From Gemmatimonadaceae bacterium (GTDB lineage Bacteria > Gemmatimonadota > Gemmatimonadetes > Gemmatimonadales > Gemmatimonadaceae), in NCBI GenBank assembly GCA_051859245.1, contig JBHYGA010000006.1, positions 224,001 through 288,000 of the forward strand: a stretch of DNA of 64,000 nucleotides, in the 5' to 3' direction. The stretch's first letter is position 1; every line of letters starts with the position of its first letter. Shown here in pieces: positions 10,294 to 20,994 of this stretch. Below the pieces are notes generated by a model. The model ran no database searches. It had not been told where the DNA came from and was given only the letters and a program-made list of their open reading frames with translations. The position numbers and the translations under genes were made by a program.

Positions 10294-10710
10294 ATGACCG
10301 ACATCCCTGATCTTGCGCTCATGCAGCAAGCGCTTGTTGGTGCGCCCGCTCCGGACATCGTGGCGCTTGAAGCGCGCATTCGCGCCGCACAGCTGGAGGC
10401 CGATGTGGCGGCGCTCGACGTGCTTATCTCTGAAGATCTCCTGTTCACCGGGCCCAACGGACAGCTTGGTACCAAGGCGGAAGACCTTGCTCTCCACGGC
10501 TCCGGGGCGGTGCGCTTTCGGGAGCACGAGCCCGAGGAGCTGCGAGTGCGCCGAGTCGGTCCTTCGGTCGTGGTGAGCGCGCTTCGTGCTCGACTGGCCG
10601 TTGATGTTGACGGCACGCGCGTTGAGGGGACGTTTCGCTACACGCGCGTGTGGGCGCAGGAGGACGACGGCGTGTGGCGTGTGGTGGGCGGACATGTGAG
10701 CCCCGCATGA
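10294..10710 (+). CDS. NTF2-like / DUF4440 protein
   Basis: DVAALD.L....FTGPNG...FRYTRVW....WRVVGGH pattern. Confidence 0.85.
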   Translation: MTDIPDLALMQQALVGAPAPDIVALEARIRAAQLEADVAALDVLISEDLLFTGPNGQLGTKAEDLALHGSGAVRFREHEPEELRVRRVGPSVVVSALRARLAVDVDGTRVEGTFRYTRVWAQEDDGVWRVVGGHVSPA

Positions 10711-11942
10711 CACCGCACCTCTTGCTGCTGTCACTCTCCCTGCTGCGTGCGGCGACGGTCGACACGCTCCACGCGGTCGACGTGTACGGTCTTCGCGCAA
10801 CGTCGGAGGCCGATGTTCGCACCGCAATCGGTCTGCGTGCCGGTGATCCGCTGCCACAATCGCTTGACGCTGTTCGTGCGCGGCTACAACGCCTTCCCGG
10901 TGTGGAGGACGTGGATCTCTCGCCCGTGTGCTGCAGTGAGAACGGTCGCACGATTCTCTATGTTGGCATCCGCGAACGTGGCACGCCACCGATCACCTAT
11001 CGACCAGCTCCTGTTGGTGCGGCGCGGCTTCCGTCGGACATCGTGGGCGCCGGCCGCCGATTTGAATCGGCATTGTTGCGCGCCGTACAACGCGGTGTGA
11101 CCGGTGAGGACCACGCACCAGGTTATGCGCTCGCTGAAGACTCGGCGCTGCGATCAGTGCAGCAGGAGTTCATTGCACTCGCCACTGAGCACACGGACAC
11201 GTTGGTTTCCGTGCTCCGGAACGCAGGTGATGCGCGTCACCGTGCGCTGGCTGCACAATTGCTGGCGTACGGTACAAGTCGGCAAGTAATCGCGCGTGAA
11301 TTGTTGCACGCGGTCAGTGACCCAAGTGATGATGTTCGCAACAACGCCGTACGCGCGTTGGCCGTGCTCGCCGATTGGGTGAATCAACACCCCGATAGTG
11401 GCGTTGCGATTCCGTCCGCGCCGTTTGCGGAGTTGTTGCACTCGGTGTCATGGACGGACCGCAATAAGGGCATCATGGTGCTTGTGCCGCTCACGGCTCC
11501 TCGCGACTCGACGCTGCTCGCCGATCTTCGCAGGCGCGCGCTCTTGCCGCTTGTTGAAATGGCGCGTTGGACAAATCCTGGACACGCGCTCGGTCCGTTC
11601 ATTGTTGTGGCGCGGATTGCAGGACTCACCGATGGCGATGCGTTTCAGGCCTTTCAGTCCGGCGCGCGTGAAGCGGTGATTGCGCGGGTGCTCAACAAGT
11701 CTGGCTCACCGCCAACGCATCACGTCTTCACGTCGCGACACACTGATCGCATCGAGCAGCGCCTCGTCGTGCGAGGCCACGATAATCGCACCGTCGTAGG
11801 AGCGCAGCGCGGCTTCCAACCCGTCCAACTGCTCAAGGTCGAGATGATTGGAGGGTTCGTCCAACAGCAGGCACCGTGGCACGTGTGGGCCTGCCATCAC
11901 ACACGCGAGCGCTGCGCGAATCCGTTCGCCGCCGCTCAATGA
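10707..11942 (+). CDS. Secreted POTRA-like + HEAT-repeat protein
   Basis: ATGA overlap with the upstream gene; VDVYGLR...VRTAIGLRAGD POTRA-like segment; DPSDDVRNNAVRAL HEAT repeat; true 3' end uncertain (overlaps ABC-F). Confidence 0.65.
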   Translation: MTPHLLLLSLSLLRAATVDTLHAVDVYGLRATSEADVRTAIGLRAGDPLPQSLDAVRARLQRLPGVEDVDLSPVCCSENGRTILYVGIRERGTPPITYRPAPVGAARLPSDIVGAGRRFESALLRAVQRGVTGEDHAPGYALAEDSALRSVQQEFIALATEHTDTLVSVLRNAGDARHRALAAQLLAYGTSRQVIARELLHAVSDPSDDVRNNAVRALAVLADWVNQHPDSGVAIPSAPFAELLHSVSWTDRNKGIMVLVPLTAPRDSTLLADLRRRALLPLVEMARWTNPGHALGPFIVVARIAGLTDGDAFQAFQSGAREAVIARVLNKSGSPPTHHVFTSRHTDRIEQRLVVRGHDNRTVVGAQRGFQPVQLLKVEMIGGFVQQQAPWHVWACHHTRERCANPFAAAQ

Positions 11943-13325
11943 CGCGACCGGCTGCAGCGCCGCGTCAGCCCGGAAATGAAATCGCGCGAGTGCGGCCCGT
12001 ATCTCCGTGACGTCGGAGGTGGGATGATGCGCTGCGAATGCGTCGAGCACCGTCGTGCCAACATCGAGCAGGGTGGCGTGCTGGTCGAGGAACGCGATCC
12101 GATGCGTTGGCACTCCTCGGTGAATGCTACCAGCAAGTGGGGCGATGTGACCAGCGATCACGCGGAGCAGGGTGCTCTTGCCGGCCCCGTTCGGTCCAAC
12201 CAGCGCCACGCGCTCAGGCCCTCGAATGGAGAGCGTGACGTCAGACAAGAGTGGTATTCCGGGTGCCGGCCCGGCAACGACACCGTCAAGTGAGACCACC
12301 GTGGTGCCCGCCGGCAGACCACTCGGAGGCAGCGTCACGGCGATCCCCTCGTGTGTACTGGCCAACATCGCCGCGTCGCGTCGCCTGGTCTCCGCCGCGG
12401 AAACCAGTCGTGCGGCGGTATCAGTGAGGCGTGCGGTGGTGCCCTCGCTGCGCTCACGCTTGGCGTTGAGCACGAGTTTCGGTTGGCTTCCCGTTTCACG
12501 CGTCCGCCGACCTGCGGCCTCACGCCGCGCCTGACGCTCGCGCACTTCCTGTGCGTGTTGTCGCGCGCGCGCCGCCTCGGCTTCTGCATTCGCGGCGTCG
12601 CGGAACGCTGCCGCGCGTTCAATCTCCCGCTGTTCGCGATAGAAATCCCAACCGCCACCATAGCTGCGAAGTGTCCCGCGTTCGATCGCGACAATGCGCT
12701 CCACGCGCTGCAACAGTGCTCGGTCGTGCGAGACGACAATCAGTCCGCGCGGCCAGTTTTCCACGAGGGATTCAACAGCCAGTCGGCTCTCGCGATCGAG
12801 GTCGTTAGTGGGCTCATCAAGCAGCAGCAGATCCGGTGCGGCAATCAGCTGCGCGGCGATGGCGAGACGCGTGGCTTCGCCGCCGCTCACCTCGTGGATT
12901 AGCCGCTCGAGCGGCAGATGTCCGAGGCGGAGGCGCGCAAGCGCGGCGTTGGCACGCTCTCGCGTGTCCCAGGCATCCCCAATCGTGAGCAGATCGTCGG
13001 CTGAGGCGAGTCCTTCGTCGGCACGGCTGAGCGCGTCAACGATGGGCGCCACGCCGAGACCGTGCGCCACCGTCTCGCCAAGAGCGCTGATTGCACGCTG
13101 GGGCGCGTAGCCTACGCGTGCCGGTCGCATGACATGCCCCGTCGCAGGCACGAGCTCGCCGGCGACCACTCTGAGCAACGTGCTTTTGCCAGAGCCGTTT
13201 GCGCCGATCAAGCCGACCCGTTCGTTCGCCATCGCGAACCGCGGGATTTCCAGCAACGGTCGACCATCGGGCAGCCGCAGAGAGACCCCGTCCAGTATGA
13301 GCGATGAATTGGCGTGTCTAGACAT
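11706..13325 (-). CDS. ABC-F family ATP-binding protein
   Basis: Two ABC cassettes (GANGSGKST/SGGE/LLDEPTN; GPNGAGKST/SGGE/LLDEPSN), no TM segments. Confidence 0.92.
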   Translation of the reverse strand: MSRHANSSLILDGVSLRLPDGRPLLEIPRFAMANERVGLIGANGSGKSTLLRVVAGELVPATGHVMRPARVGYAPQRAISALGETVAHGLGVAPIVDALSRADEGLASADDLLTIGDAWDTRERANAALARLRLGHLPLERLIHEVSGGEATRLAIAAQLIAAPDLLLLDEPTNDLDRESRLAVESLVENWPRGLIVVSHDRALLQRVERIVAIERGTLRSYGGGWDFYREQREIERAAAFRDAANAEAEAARARQHAQEVRERQARREAAGRRTRETGSQPKLVLNAKRERSEGTTARLTDTAARLVSAAETRRRDAAMLASTHEGIAVTLPPSGLPAGTTVVSLDGVVAGPAPGIPLLSDVTLSIRGPERVALVGPNGAGKSTLLRVIAGHIAPLAGSIHRGVPTHRIAFLDQHATLLDVGTTVLDAFAAHHPTSDVTEIRAALARFHFRADAALQPVASLSGGERIRAALACVMAGPHVPRCLLLDEPSNHLDLEQLDGLEAALRSYDGAIIVASHDEALLDAISVSRREDVMRWR

Positions 13326-13391
13326 GCGACCAGGGAACTCGTTTCTCAGGGGCCGGTGATAAGAGCTGCGCACACGTGACTAAACTTCAGT

Positions 13392-14819
13392 ATGTCCACA
13401 AATGCTCTCTCGGCCGATGTCGGCCGCGCGCACGTGGTACTTGATGCTACCACGCGTGACGCGAAGCCACACGTGGTGATCCTGGGCGGTGGCTTCGCCG
13501 GTTTGTCGGCGGCTCGCGAGCTTGAGGATGCCCCGGTTCGCGTGACGCTCATTGATCGCGCCAATCACCACGTGTTCCAGCCGCTGTTGTATCAGGTTGC
13601 CACCGCCGGACTTTCGCCCAGCGACATCTCCGTGCCGATTCGCTGGCGACTGCGCAAGCAGCGTAACGTGACCGTGTTGCTTGCGAGCGCGACACGCATT
13701 GATCCGCAGGCGAAGTTTGTCGAGCTCGACAGCGGTGAGCGACGGCTCAGCTACGACTATCTGGTGGTCGCAACGGGTGCACGGCATGCGTACTTCGGTC
13801 GCGACGAATGGGAAGCGCACGCGCCAGGACTCAAGTCGATTGAAGACGCACTCGAAATGCGGCAGCGTTTTCTCATGGCGTTCGAGCTGGCTGAAAAATC
13901 AGAGAGCGAGGCCGAGCGCGATGCACTGTTGACGTTCGTGATTGTGGGCGGTGGTCCGACGGGTGTGGAGTTGGCTGGTGCACTCGCCGAAATCGTCAAG
14001 GGTGCACTCCGACGGGACTTTCGGCGCATTGATACGCGTCGTGCACGTGTGTTGCTTGTGGAAGCGGGTCGGCGCATCCTGCCCACGTTTCCTGAGAAGT
14101 TGTCGTCTGTTGCGCAGCGTGATCTTGAAAAGCTTGGTGTTGAGGTGCGTTTGGGTGTACCTGTGACGCACATCGAAGATTCGGTTGTTACCGTTGGTGC
14201 GGAACAGATTCGCACCGGCGCGATTTTCTGGGCCGCAGGCAATGCTGCGTCTCCACTTGGCGCCATGCTCGGTGCCACTACTGACCGATCCGGGCGCGTG
14301 CAGGTAGCACCTGATCTGTCCGTGCCATCGCATCCGAACGTGTTTGTGGTCGGTGACCTGTGCACGATTGCGCGACGCGACGGGACGCCTGTGCCTGCCG
14401 TTGCGCCGACAGCAAATCAAACGGGCGCGCACGCCGGTCGCATGATTGTGCGCAGTGTGGCGGGCGAATCACGCGAGCCGTTTGTGTATTTTCACAAAGG
14501 GGATCTGGCAACGATCGGACGGCATAAAGCCGTCTCAGCGTTCGGACGTGTAACGGTCACCGGATACATCAGCTGGTTGCTCTGGGTGTTCGTGCATCTG
14601 ATGTACCTTGTTGGATTCCGCAATCGTGTCACGGTGTTTGTGCAGTGGGCGTACGCCTATCTCACCTATCAGCGAGGTGTGCGGCTGCTGTCCACCACAT
14701 GGATACGCGGTGCGCGTCTCGAGCCTGCGGTCACTGCGCCCGCACCGCCTCTGACGGATCAATCCGTGACGCGCGCACCGCCGGAAGCCAGCACGCTGCC
14801 ACACCAATCGCGGCCATGA
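13392..14819 (+). CDS. ndh: Type II NADH dehydrogenase (NAD(P)/FAD-dependent oxidoreductase)
   Basis: GGGFAG, FQPLLYQVAT, GGGPTGVELAG, WAAG, HLMYLVGFRNR. Confidence 0.88.
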   Translation: MSTNALSADVGRAHVVLDATTRDAKPHVVILGGGFAGLSAARELEDAPVRVTLIDRANHHVFQPLLYQVATAGLSPSDISVPIRWRLRKQRNVTVLLASATRIDPQAKFVELDSGERRLSYDYLVVATGARHAYFGRDEWEAHAPGLKSIEDALEMRQRFLMAFELAEKSESEAERDALLTFVIVGGGPTGVELAGALAEIVKGALRRDFRRIDTRRARVLLVEAGRRILPTFPEKLSSVAQRDLEKLGVEVRLGVPVTHIEDSVVTVGAEQIRTGAIFWAAGNAASPLGAMLGATTDRSGRVQVAPDLSVPSHPNVFVVGDLCTIARRDGTPVPAVAPTANQTGAHAGRMIVRSVAGESREPFVYFHKGDLATIGRHKAVSAFGRVTVTGYISWLLWVFVHLMYLVGFRNRVTVFVQWAYAYLTYQRGVRLLSTTWIRGARLEPAVTAPAPPLTDQSVTRAPPEASTLPHQSRP

Positions 14820-17169
14820 TCACTGCGACCGACAACATCGTGGCGGGGTCGTTCGGCTCCACGTTGAAAAGCAGTCCCTGAATCAATCGTGAGAGCGCGA
14901 GCGAGCCCACAACGCCGAGTGTGAGCCCGAGGCCAACGAGCAGCCCGCCTTCTTTCAGAATCATACGTTGCACGTGACCCGGCGACGCACCAAGGCTCAT
15001 GCGAATGCCGATTTCATTTGTGCGGGCGCTCACCGAGAACGCGAGCACCGCCGCAATGCCGATGGCCGCGATGACGAGTGCAAGCAAACCGAACGAGCCC
15101 ACGAGCATCGCGTTGAGTCGACGTGGCCCCACGCTCTCGTCACGAATGGCGTCGATCGTGAGCACGTTTTCCACCGGTTGTGTGGGCGCGACCGAACGCG
15201 CAATCTCGCGCGCTGCAAGCGCGAGGCTCGAGGCGTCGACGGTTGAACGCAGCACCATACCGCCTGACGGGAAATCACCCTGCGCAAACGGGATGAAGGT
15301 GACGGGCACCGGATTCTTGTCGAGTCCGCCGTCCTTGGTGTCGCGCACAACGCCCACCACTTCGCGCCAGTCGCCCGAGATGCCGGTGAAGCTCAGCACT
15401 TCACCCGTCCACGCCACGCGTCGCCCAATCGGATCGATGCCGGGAAACAGCAGCCGCGCGAGCGTCTCGTTGATGATCACCACTTTCGCGCCGCCTGCGC
15501 GATCACCGGCGGTGAAATCGCGCCCTTTGAGCAGCGTTATGCCCGACGCGCGGAAGTAGCCCGGGTCGGCGGTGCGATACTCGCTCTGCGGCACCGCTTC
15601 ACCCTGCGCGGTCACGCGACCTTCCGCTTTCATCTCGAGTTGAAACTGCGCGGAACGCAGCGGCATCGTGGAGCCCACGCCTACCAACTCAACACCAGGC
15701 AACCGCGAAAGCTCGCGCTGCATGCGCTCGTACATTCCCACCGCGCCCTGAAGGCTTGCCTGTTCGGTAAAGTCGATCGGTACTTCCATGGTGAGCACAT
15801 TCCCTGGCTCAAGACCCGGGTCCACCGCCGCTAGGCGCTGCATGGAACGCACCAGCAATCCCGCGCCAGTCAGCAGCACCAACGACACCGCGACCTGCGT
15901 GACGACCAACGCCTGCTGCAGTCGCTTGCGCCGCGAACCTCCAGTGGATTTGGTGCCTCCGGCTCTGAGCCCCGCACCCAGCGCGCCTTCGTCACCAATG
16001 CTCGGCGCGAATGCCAGCATGAGCGCGACCAGCATCGAGAGTGCAAACGTGAAGAGCAGCACCGTGCCGTCTACTACAATCTCATCCGCGCGCGGACTGA
16101 AGCGCGCCGCGAATGTGGACAGCATGCCGACGCCCGCAAACGCGACGACCAGGCCAAGCGCCGCACCCATCAGCGCCAAGACCGCGTTCTCGGCGAGCAG
16201 AAGCCGACGGAGCCGACTGGTGCCCGCACCGAGTGCGGCGCGCACTGTCATTTCATGCTCACGACGCACGCCGCGCATGAGCGTAAGGTTGGCGACGTTG
16301 GCACACGCAATCACGAGTACAAACGCGGCCGCGCCCATCAGCAGATAGAGCGTCAGTCGCGCGTCTTGTCCCAGCACTTCCTGCAGTGGCGTCATGGTCA
16401 CTTTGTAACCGGAGCCGGCGTCGTACGATTCCGGACTGGCCGCGTGCATGCGTTGCGTGATTGTCGCGACTTCGGCCTGCGCCTGTTCCACCGTCGCGCC
16501 AGGCGCGAGCCGCGCGATCATTTCCGTCATGCGATGCGTGCGTCCCTGCACCATCATCGCGCTCACGTGGTGTTCGCTGATGGACATGTTCATCAACGCT
16601 TCAATGCGTCCCGGAAAAAACGGCGCCGGCTGAAGCACGCCGATGACTTCCACCTGTCGGCCACCAATTCGCAGCGAGCGGCCGACGATCGAAGAATCGG
16701 CCGCGTACTGCGATCGCCAGTACCCGTCGGTGAGCATCACCACGGGTGCAGCGCCGGCCCCGTCGTCAGCGTCATTGAAGGACCGGCCAAGCACCGGGCG
16801 CAGTCCCATCACGGAGAGATAGTTGCCGGTGACGAGACCAACGTCGATCTGTCGGGCGTCCTGGTCCTCAACCAGGTTGAGGGTGAGCGGCGAGTATTCG
16901 GCGATCTGGCCGAGCGTTTTGGACTGTTCGCGAAAGTCGTTGATCTCGGGCACGGAGAACGCCGTGTTCTCCATCGCATTGGTCGCGTGCCGCAAGTACA
17001 TCAGGCGGTCGCCTTCCTGATGTGGCAGCGGGCGCAGCAAAACGCCGCGTACCACGCTGAAGATTGCCGTGTTGGCGCCAATCCCGAGTCCGAGCGTGAG
17101 GACTACCGCCGCGGTGAATCCCGGGGAGCGGGCGAGGCTGCGGAGGATGTAGCGGAGCATGATCTTCAT
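14731..17169 (-). CDS. ADOP family duplicated ABC permease (MacB/FtsX repeats)
   Basis: LGIGANTAIFS, LVIACANVANL, RTNEIGIRMSLGA; no cognate ATPase adjacent. Confidence 0.92.
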   Translation of the reverse strand: MKIMLRYILRSLARSPGFTAAVVLTLGLGIGANTAIFSVVRGVLLRPLPHQEGDRLMYLRHATNAMENTAFSVPEINDFREQSKTLGQIAEYSPLTLNLVEDQDARQIDVGLVTGNYLSVMGLRPVLGRSFNDADDGAGAAPVVMLTDGYWRSQYAADSSIVGRSLRIGGRQVEVIGVLQPAPFFPGRIEALMNMSISEHHVSAMMVQGRTHRMTEMIARLAPGATVEQAQAEVATITQRMHAASPESYDAGSGYKVTMTPLQEVLGQDARLTLYLLMGAAAFVLVIACANVANLTLMRGVRREHEMTVRAALGAGTSRLRRLLLAENAVLALMGAALGLVVAFAGVGMLSTFAARFSPRADEIVVDGTVLLFTFALSMLVALMLAFAPSIGDEGALGAGLRAGGTKSTGGSRRKRLQQALVVTQVAVSLVLLTGAGLLVRSMQRLAAVDPGLEPGNVLTMEVPIDFTEQASLQGAVGMYERMQRELSRLPGVELVGVGSTMPLRSAQFQLEMKAEGRVTAQGEAVPQSEYRTADPGYFRASGITLLKGRDFTAGDRAGGAKVVIINETLARLLFPGIDPIGRRVAWTGEVLSFTGISGDWREVVGVVRDTKDGGLDKNPVPVTFIPFAQGDFPSGGMVLRSTVDASSLALAAREIARSVAPTQPVENVLTIDAIRDESVGPRRLNAMLVGSFGLLALVIAAIGIAAVLAFSVSARTNEIGIRMSLGASPGHVQRMILKEGGLLVGLGLTLGVVGSLALSRLIQGLLFNVEPNDPATMLSVAVIMAAIGVAACWLPAVRASRIDPSEAVRAQ

Positions 17170-17377
17170 GGTGGTGCCCGTTGCTCGAACGACTGGGGAG
17201 GATGCTGGTCGCTGGTATATGCGCGCCGCCGCAGAGTGCCGCCAGCTGACGGCGAGCCTTCCGTGTGCGGTCGCATCTCAAATCAGTCGATTGGGGCGTC
17301 CGGAGTTCGACAGCGGGGCACCCAACGGTAGTGTCCACAGTCTCGCGGACCGGCGGTTCGATGCTATCCTGCAGTGC

Positions 17378-18241
17378 ATGAGCAGCGAACTCGATAGCCG
17401 GCGTAGCGCACTCGGCGCAGAAGTCCAGCCGTGGGACGGTGTGGCAGCCGGCTGGAAGAAGTGGTGGCCTGTGATCGAAAAAGGCGCGCAGTCCGTGAGC
17501 CAGCGCATGCTCGAGCTCGCGGTTGTGTCACCGGGTCAGCGCGTACTCGACATCGCCACCGGCATTGGCGAGCCCGCACTGTTGGCGGCGAACCGCGTCG
17601 GTCCCACGGGGCGTGTGATTGCAACGGACATCTCAGTCGCGATGCTCCAAATCGCGCGTGAACGGGCCGGCGCGTTGGGGCTGACGAACGTTTCGTTTGT
17701 GCAGGCCGATGCAGTGCAGCTTGATTTCGCGGATCGCAGTTTTCACAAGGTGCTGTGTCGCTGGGGCGTGACATCGCTTCCCAATCCATGGCACACGTTG
17801 GGAGAGATACGACGCGTGCTGAGGCCCGGCGGATCGTTCGCCACGGCGATTTGGGAATCGGGGCCGCGAGCGCGCCCGTTGGCGAGCATCGCGAACGTTG
17901 TTGCCGATGAGATGTTTGCTGAGAGAGCGTCGAGATCGACAACAGCTATTGCGTATGGCGCCGCGCGCAAGGAGCTCGTGCGAAACATGCTCGACGCGGG
18001 TTTCCCCGATGTGCGCGCAGAAGAGTGGACGCTCACGCTTGAGTGGCCCTGCGCCGACGACTGCACGCAATATGTCGTCGATGTCTCACCGGAGATTGCG
18101 GCGCTTCTAGCCAGCAAGACAATCGAACAGCAGACCGAGTACCGGCGACGCGTCGCCGAGAAGTTGATGCCGTATATCAGCGCTGATGGGCGCGTTCTCA
18201 TTCCGAACAAAACGATCTGTGCGGTGGGACGGGAATGGTGA
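17378..18241 (+). CDS. Class I SAM-dependent methyltransferase (UbiE-like)
   Basis: VLDIATGIG motif I, RRVLRPGG; start taken at MSSELD. Confidence 0.88.
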   Translation: MSSELDSRRSALGAEVQPWDGVAAGWKKWWPVIEKGAQSVSQRMLELAVVSPGQRVLDIATGIGEPALLAANRVGPTGRVIATDISVAMLQIARERAGALGLTNVSFVQADAVQLDFADRSFHKVLCRWGVTSLPNPWHTLGEIRRVLRPGGSFATAIWESGPRARPLASIANVVADEMFAERASRSTTAIAYGAARKELVRNMLDAGFPDVRAEEWTLTLEWPCADDCTQYVVDVSPEIAALLASKTIEQQTEYRRRVAEKLMPYISADGRVLIPNKTICAVGREW

Positions 18242-18768
18242 CGGCGAGCGACGCACCGTTTCGACTGCGATGGTTCAGCACGCTTGTTTCCGCGCGCACC
18301 GCTGGCACGTTGCTCGAAGTCGGTTGCGGCAACGGACAGCTGCTTGAAATGCTGGCGCTCCGTTGTACGAAATGCGTACTGCACGGCATCGATCGCTCGC
18401 CGCTGCAGGTGCACCGCGCCATCGCGCGACTGTCGTCGTTGCCGGAAGGAGTCCGACCGACCGTGCGTGAGTGTGCACTCGAGGATGCGCCGAAGGTGTT
18501 CGGCTCGAGAAGTGTGCAACTTCTGGTCGCCATGAACGTGAATCTGTTCTGGACGGACCCGGCCCTCGCCGGTTCGGCAACCCGCGAGCTTCTCTCATCG
18601 CGTGGCCGCGTGCTGCTCGGCTTCGAACCGCCAACAGCGCACGGACGGCAGGCGCTGCGAAAGCGAGTGTTAGATGCGTTGCCGAGCGCTGGCTTCAAAG
18701 TCGACAGCGAATGGGTTCCTGCTGATGCGGCGTCGGGTGCGTTTGCGCTGTCGCTGCGCCGTGCGTGA
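18235..18768 (+). CDS. Class I SAM-dependent methyltransferase
   Basis: LLEVGCGNG, GIDRS, NVNLFW. Confidence 0.8.
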   Translation: MVTASDAPFRLRWFSTLVSARTAGTLLEVGCGNGQLLEMLALRCTKCVLHGIDRSPLQVHRAIARLSSLPEGVRPTVRECALEDAPKVFGSRSVQLLVAMNVNLFWTDPALAGSATRELLSSRGRVLLGFEPPTAHGRQALRKRVLDALPSAGFKVDSEWVPADAASGAFALSLRRA

Positions 18769-19016
18769 TGCGCGTCTGCGCCGGGAAAAATGGCCGTTCT
18801 GACGCAACCGCTGTTGGCGAGTACGACTCATGGTGGCTCTGTCTCAGGTTCGCGTCATAAGACAATTCTGTTGCCGGCAGCGCGGCGGCGGAAGAGGAGC
18901 AGGCGAGTGGTGGTGTCCGATATGAACACGGAACTGCGTACGTCCATACGCAGTGTCTTGCAGGTCAAAGACATGCCTGCGCGAAAATCCAATCCCGTGA
19001 TCGAGGAATACCGCAC

Positions 19017-19574
19017 ATGAAGAACGTATTGAAGGCCGTGGCGTTGACCGCCGTCATGGCGAGTGTTGTTGCAGCACAAAAGCCATTGCGAGCGGCGCCT
19101 GGTACCGCTGTGAAGATCGCGGTGGTCGAGTTCACTCCGGTTGATGATGCCACAATCATGACCGACAACGCCAAGCGCTGGTTGCAGTCACAACTATCAG
19201 CCACGTTGCACGACACCCGAAAGTTTGATGTCTACGATACACGTCATACCCGGCGCGCAACGCAGAACAATCTTCCGGCGATCAACCATGACAGCTCCAC
19301 GGTGGCCGCGGTAAACGCAGGCAAAGAGCTCGGTGTCGCCTACGTGCTCACGGGCGTCGTGACCAGGTATACGCCCAAGGGAGACGGCGACTTCGGGTAC
19401 ACCACGATTCGCACGCGTCTGGTGGACGTTGCGACGGGCAAAGTCAAACACGTTGGTGAAACAACGCAGAAAGGCTGGGGCAAGATGAACACCACCGGTG
19501 AAGCCGAGATGCAGGCGAAGGTGATGAAGCCCGCGATTGACTCGATCACGGCCACGCTGTTCGCGGCCATGTGA
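19017..19574 (+). CDS. CsgG/HfaB/TolB-N-like secreted protein
   Basis: Signal peptide; IAVVEF...KFDVYD...GKELGVAYVLTG...RLVDVATGKV pattern; GAGG RBS. Confidence 0.75.
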   Translation: MKNVLKAVALTAVMASVVAAQKPLRAAPGTAVKIAVVEFTPVDDATIMTDNAKRWLQSQLSATLHDTRKFDVYDTRHTRRATQNNLPAINHDSSTVAAVNAGKELGVAYVLTGVVTRYTPKGDGDFGYTTIRTRLVDVATGKVKHVGETTQKGWGKMNTTGEAEMQAKVMKPAIDSITATLFAAM

Positions 19575-19581
19575 AACAACG

Positions 19582-19611
19582 TCGGCCGCTGTCTGAATGG
19601 ACAGCGGCCGA
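19582..19611. terminator. Hairpin between convergent genes (probable bidirectional terminator)
   Basis: TCGGCCGCTGTC-tgaatg-GACAGCGGCCGA perfect 12-bp stem. Confidence 0.6.
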
Positions 19612-19630
19612 TTGCCCCATACGCGAATGC

Positions 19631-20308
19631 TCAGGCGTGTCTGCGCGTGCGTCGCACGGCAATCAACGCCGCGGCGCCGACGACCAGTAGCGCGATCGAG
19701 GAAGGTTCTGGTACAGTGATCGCCGCGCTTTCGAAGGTGGCGACGAACTCGTTGTCGATGTCCGCGGTATTGCTCTCGGCCCATTGACACGTCGAGAGGA
19801 GCTCGGCCGTATCATCACCGCAGCTATATGCAAAAATCGAGGCGCCGCCGTCGTATGAGTTGAACCACTCACCATCGAGGCGGACACGTCGGTATGCGAG
19901 ATTGCCCGACGTGCTGAGCAGAAACGCAACGTACTGCGCGCCTGGCGTGACGGTCAGCTCGCCAGTGGTGAAGTCCACTCGCTCCTGCGGACAGCATTCG
20001 GGTGTATCCCTCGGCCCACTGCTATACAGCACTTCTCCAACCGGCATCGAGCCGTTCCACTGCATCAGATACGCTTCGTAGCTCGAGACCAGACCTAGGC
20101 CGCCGCCCGAAAGCCAGAACGAAAACTGCGTCAGTGTTGTTGCGCCAGCTGGTGCGGTGAACGTCTGACCGAAGCCACTGCTGACGCCGCTGGTGAGGTA
20201 TTCACCCGTTCGCGTGTCGATCGTTTGTGCACTTGCGACACCAGCACCGGCGAGTGTCGCAGCGCTGGCGACAAGCGCAACGGTCCATCGTCGAAAACTC
20301 ATGAACAT
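19631..20308 (-). CDS. PEP-CTERM sorting domain protein
   Basis: Signal peptide (ASA-Q); C-terminal VPEPSSIALLVVGAAALIAVRRTRRHA; GAGGAG RBS. Confidence 0.9.
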   Translation of the reverse strand: MFMSFRRWTVALVASAATLAGAGVASAQTIDTRTGEYLTSGVSSGFGQTFTAPAGATTLTQFSFWLSGGGLGLVSSYEAYLMQWNGSMPVGEVLYSSGPRDTPECCPQERVDFTTGELTVTPGAQYVAFLLSTSGNLAYRRVRLDGEWFNSYDGGASIFAYSCGDDTAELLSTCQWAESNTADIDNEFVATFESAAITVPEPSSIALLVVGAAALIAVRRTRRHA

Positions 20309-20552
20309 ATTCACTCCTCGAAAGAATCGATAAAGATGAGCGCGCTGAGCGCCAGCGTCTCGCCACTCGTCATACGGAATTCTCGCGTCCAGCCGGACAT
20401 TGTGATCCGTGTGCTTCAGCACGCGCGATGCGTGAGGTGTCAGCGGTGTTCGTGGTCGATGTCTGAAGTTCAGCCTGCTTTCCGTACGCAGGTGCAGGAG
20501 CAGTGCTTGTTGCTCCTTCGATACATCCACCATACGCGTTTCAGGAGTTCTC

Positions 20553-20969
20553 GTGAACATCAAACAACTCGCGCGGCGAAGTGTGCTCGCGGCGTCCGGC
20601 CTCGCGCTCGTTGCGTGTCAGGACGCGCCGACGACACCATCGATCCGTGAGGTACCAGTGTTGGCCAAGTCAAAACCGCAGTCGGCACCGACCGTCGTGC
20701 CATTGAGTCCGTCTGCGCTGCGCGTCGATGCCCTGCGCGATGCATTGGACCGCGTGCAAACCGCGTTGGTGTCGGACGATCGCGCGAAGGCAATTGCGGT
20801 TGGTCTGCGGCAGGCGATCAGCGCCCTTGAACGCGGCGATTCGCAGAGCGTCGCGCGGGCGCTCAAGGGCGTCGAACAGACACTCGAATCGTACACCGCA
20901 GCCGACGCGGCAATGGCTCCTGATCTCGATGTGCTGCGCCTCGCCTTGCGCACCGCCGCCTCAAGCTGA
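20553..20969 (+). CDS. Hypothetical helical lipoprotein
   Basis: AGGAG RBS, lipobox LVAC, amphipathic helical C-terminal half. Confidence 0.7.
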   Translation: MNIKQLARRSVLAASGLALVACQDAPTTPSIREVPVLAKSKPQSAPTVVPLSPSALRVDALRDALDRVQTALVSDDRAKAIAVGLRQAISALERGDSQSVARALKGVEQTLESYTAADAAMAPDLDVLRLALRTAASS

Positions 20970-20994
20970 CCACACCACATCACACGCCAATTCC

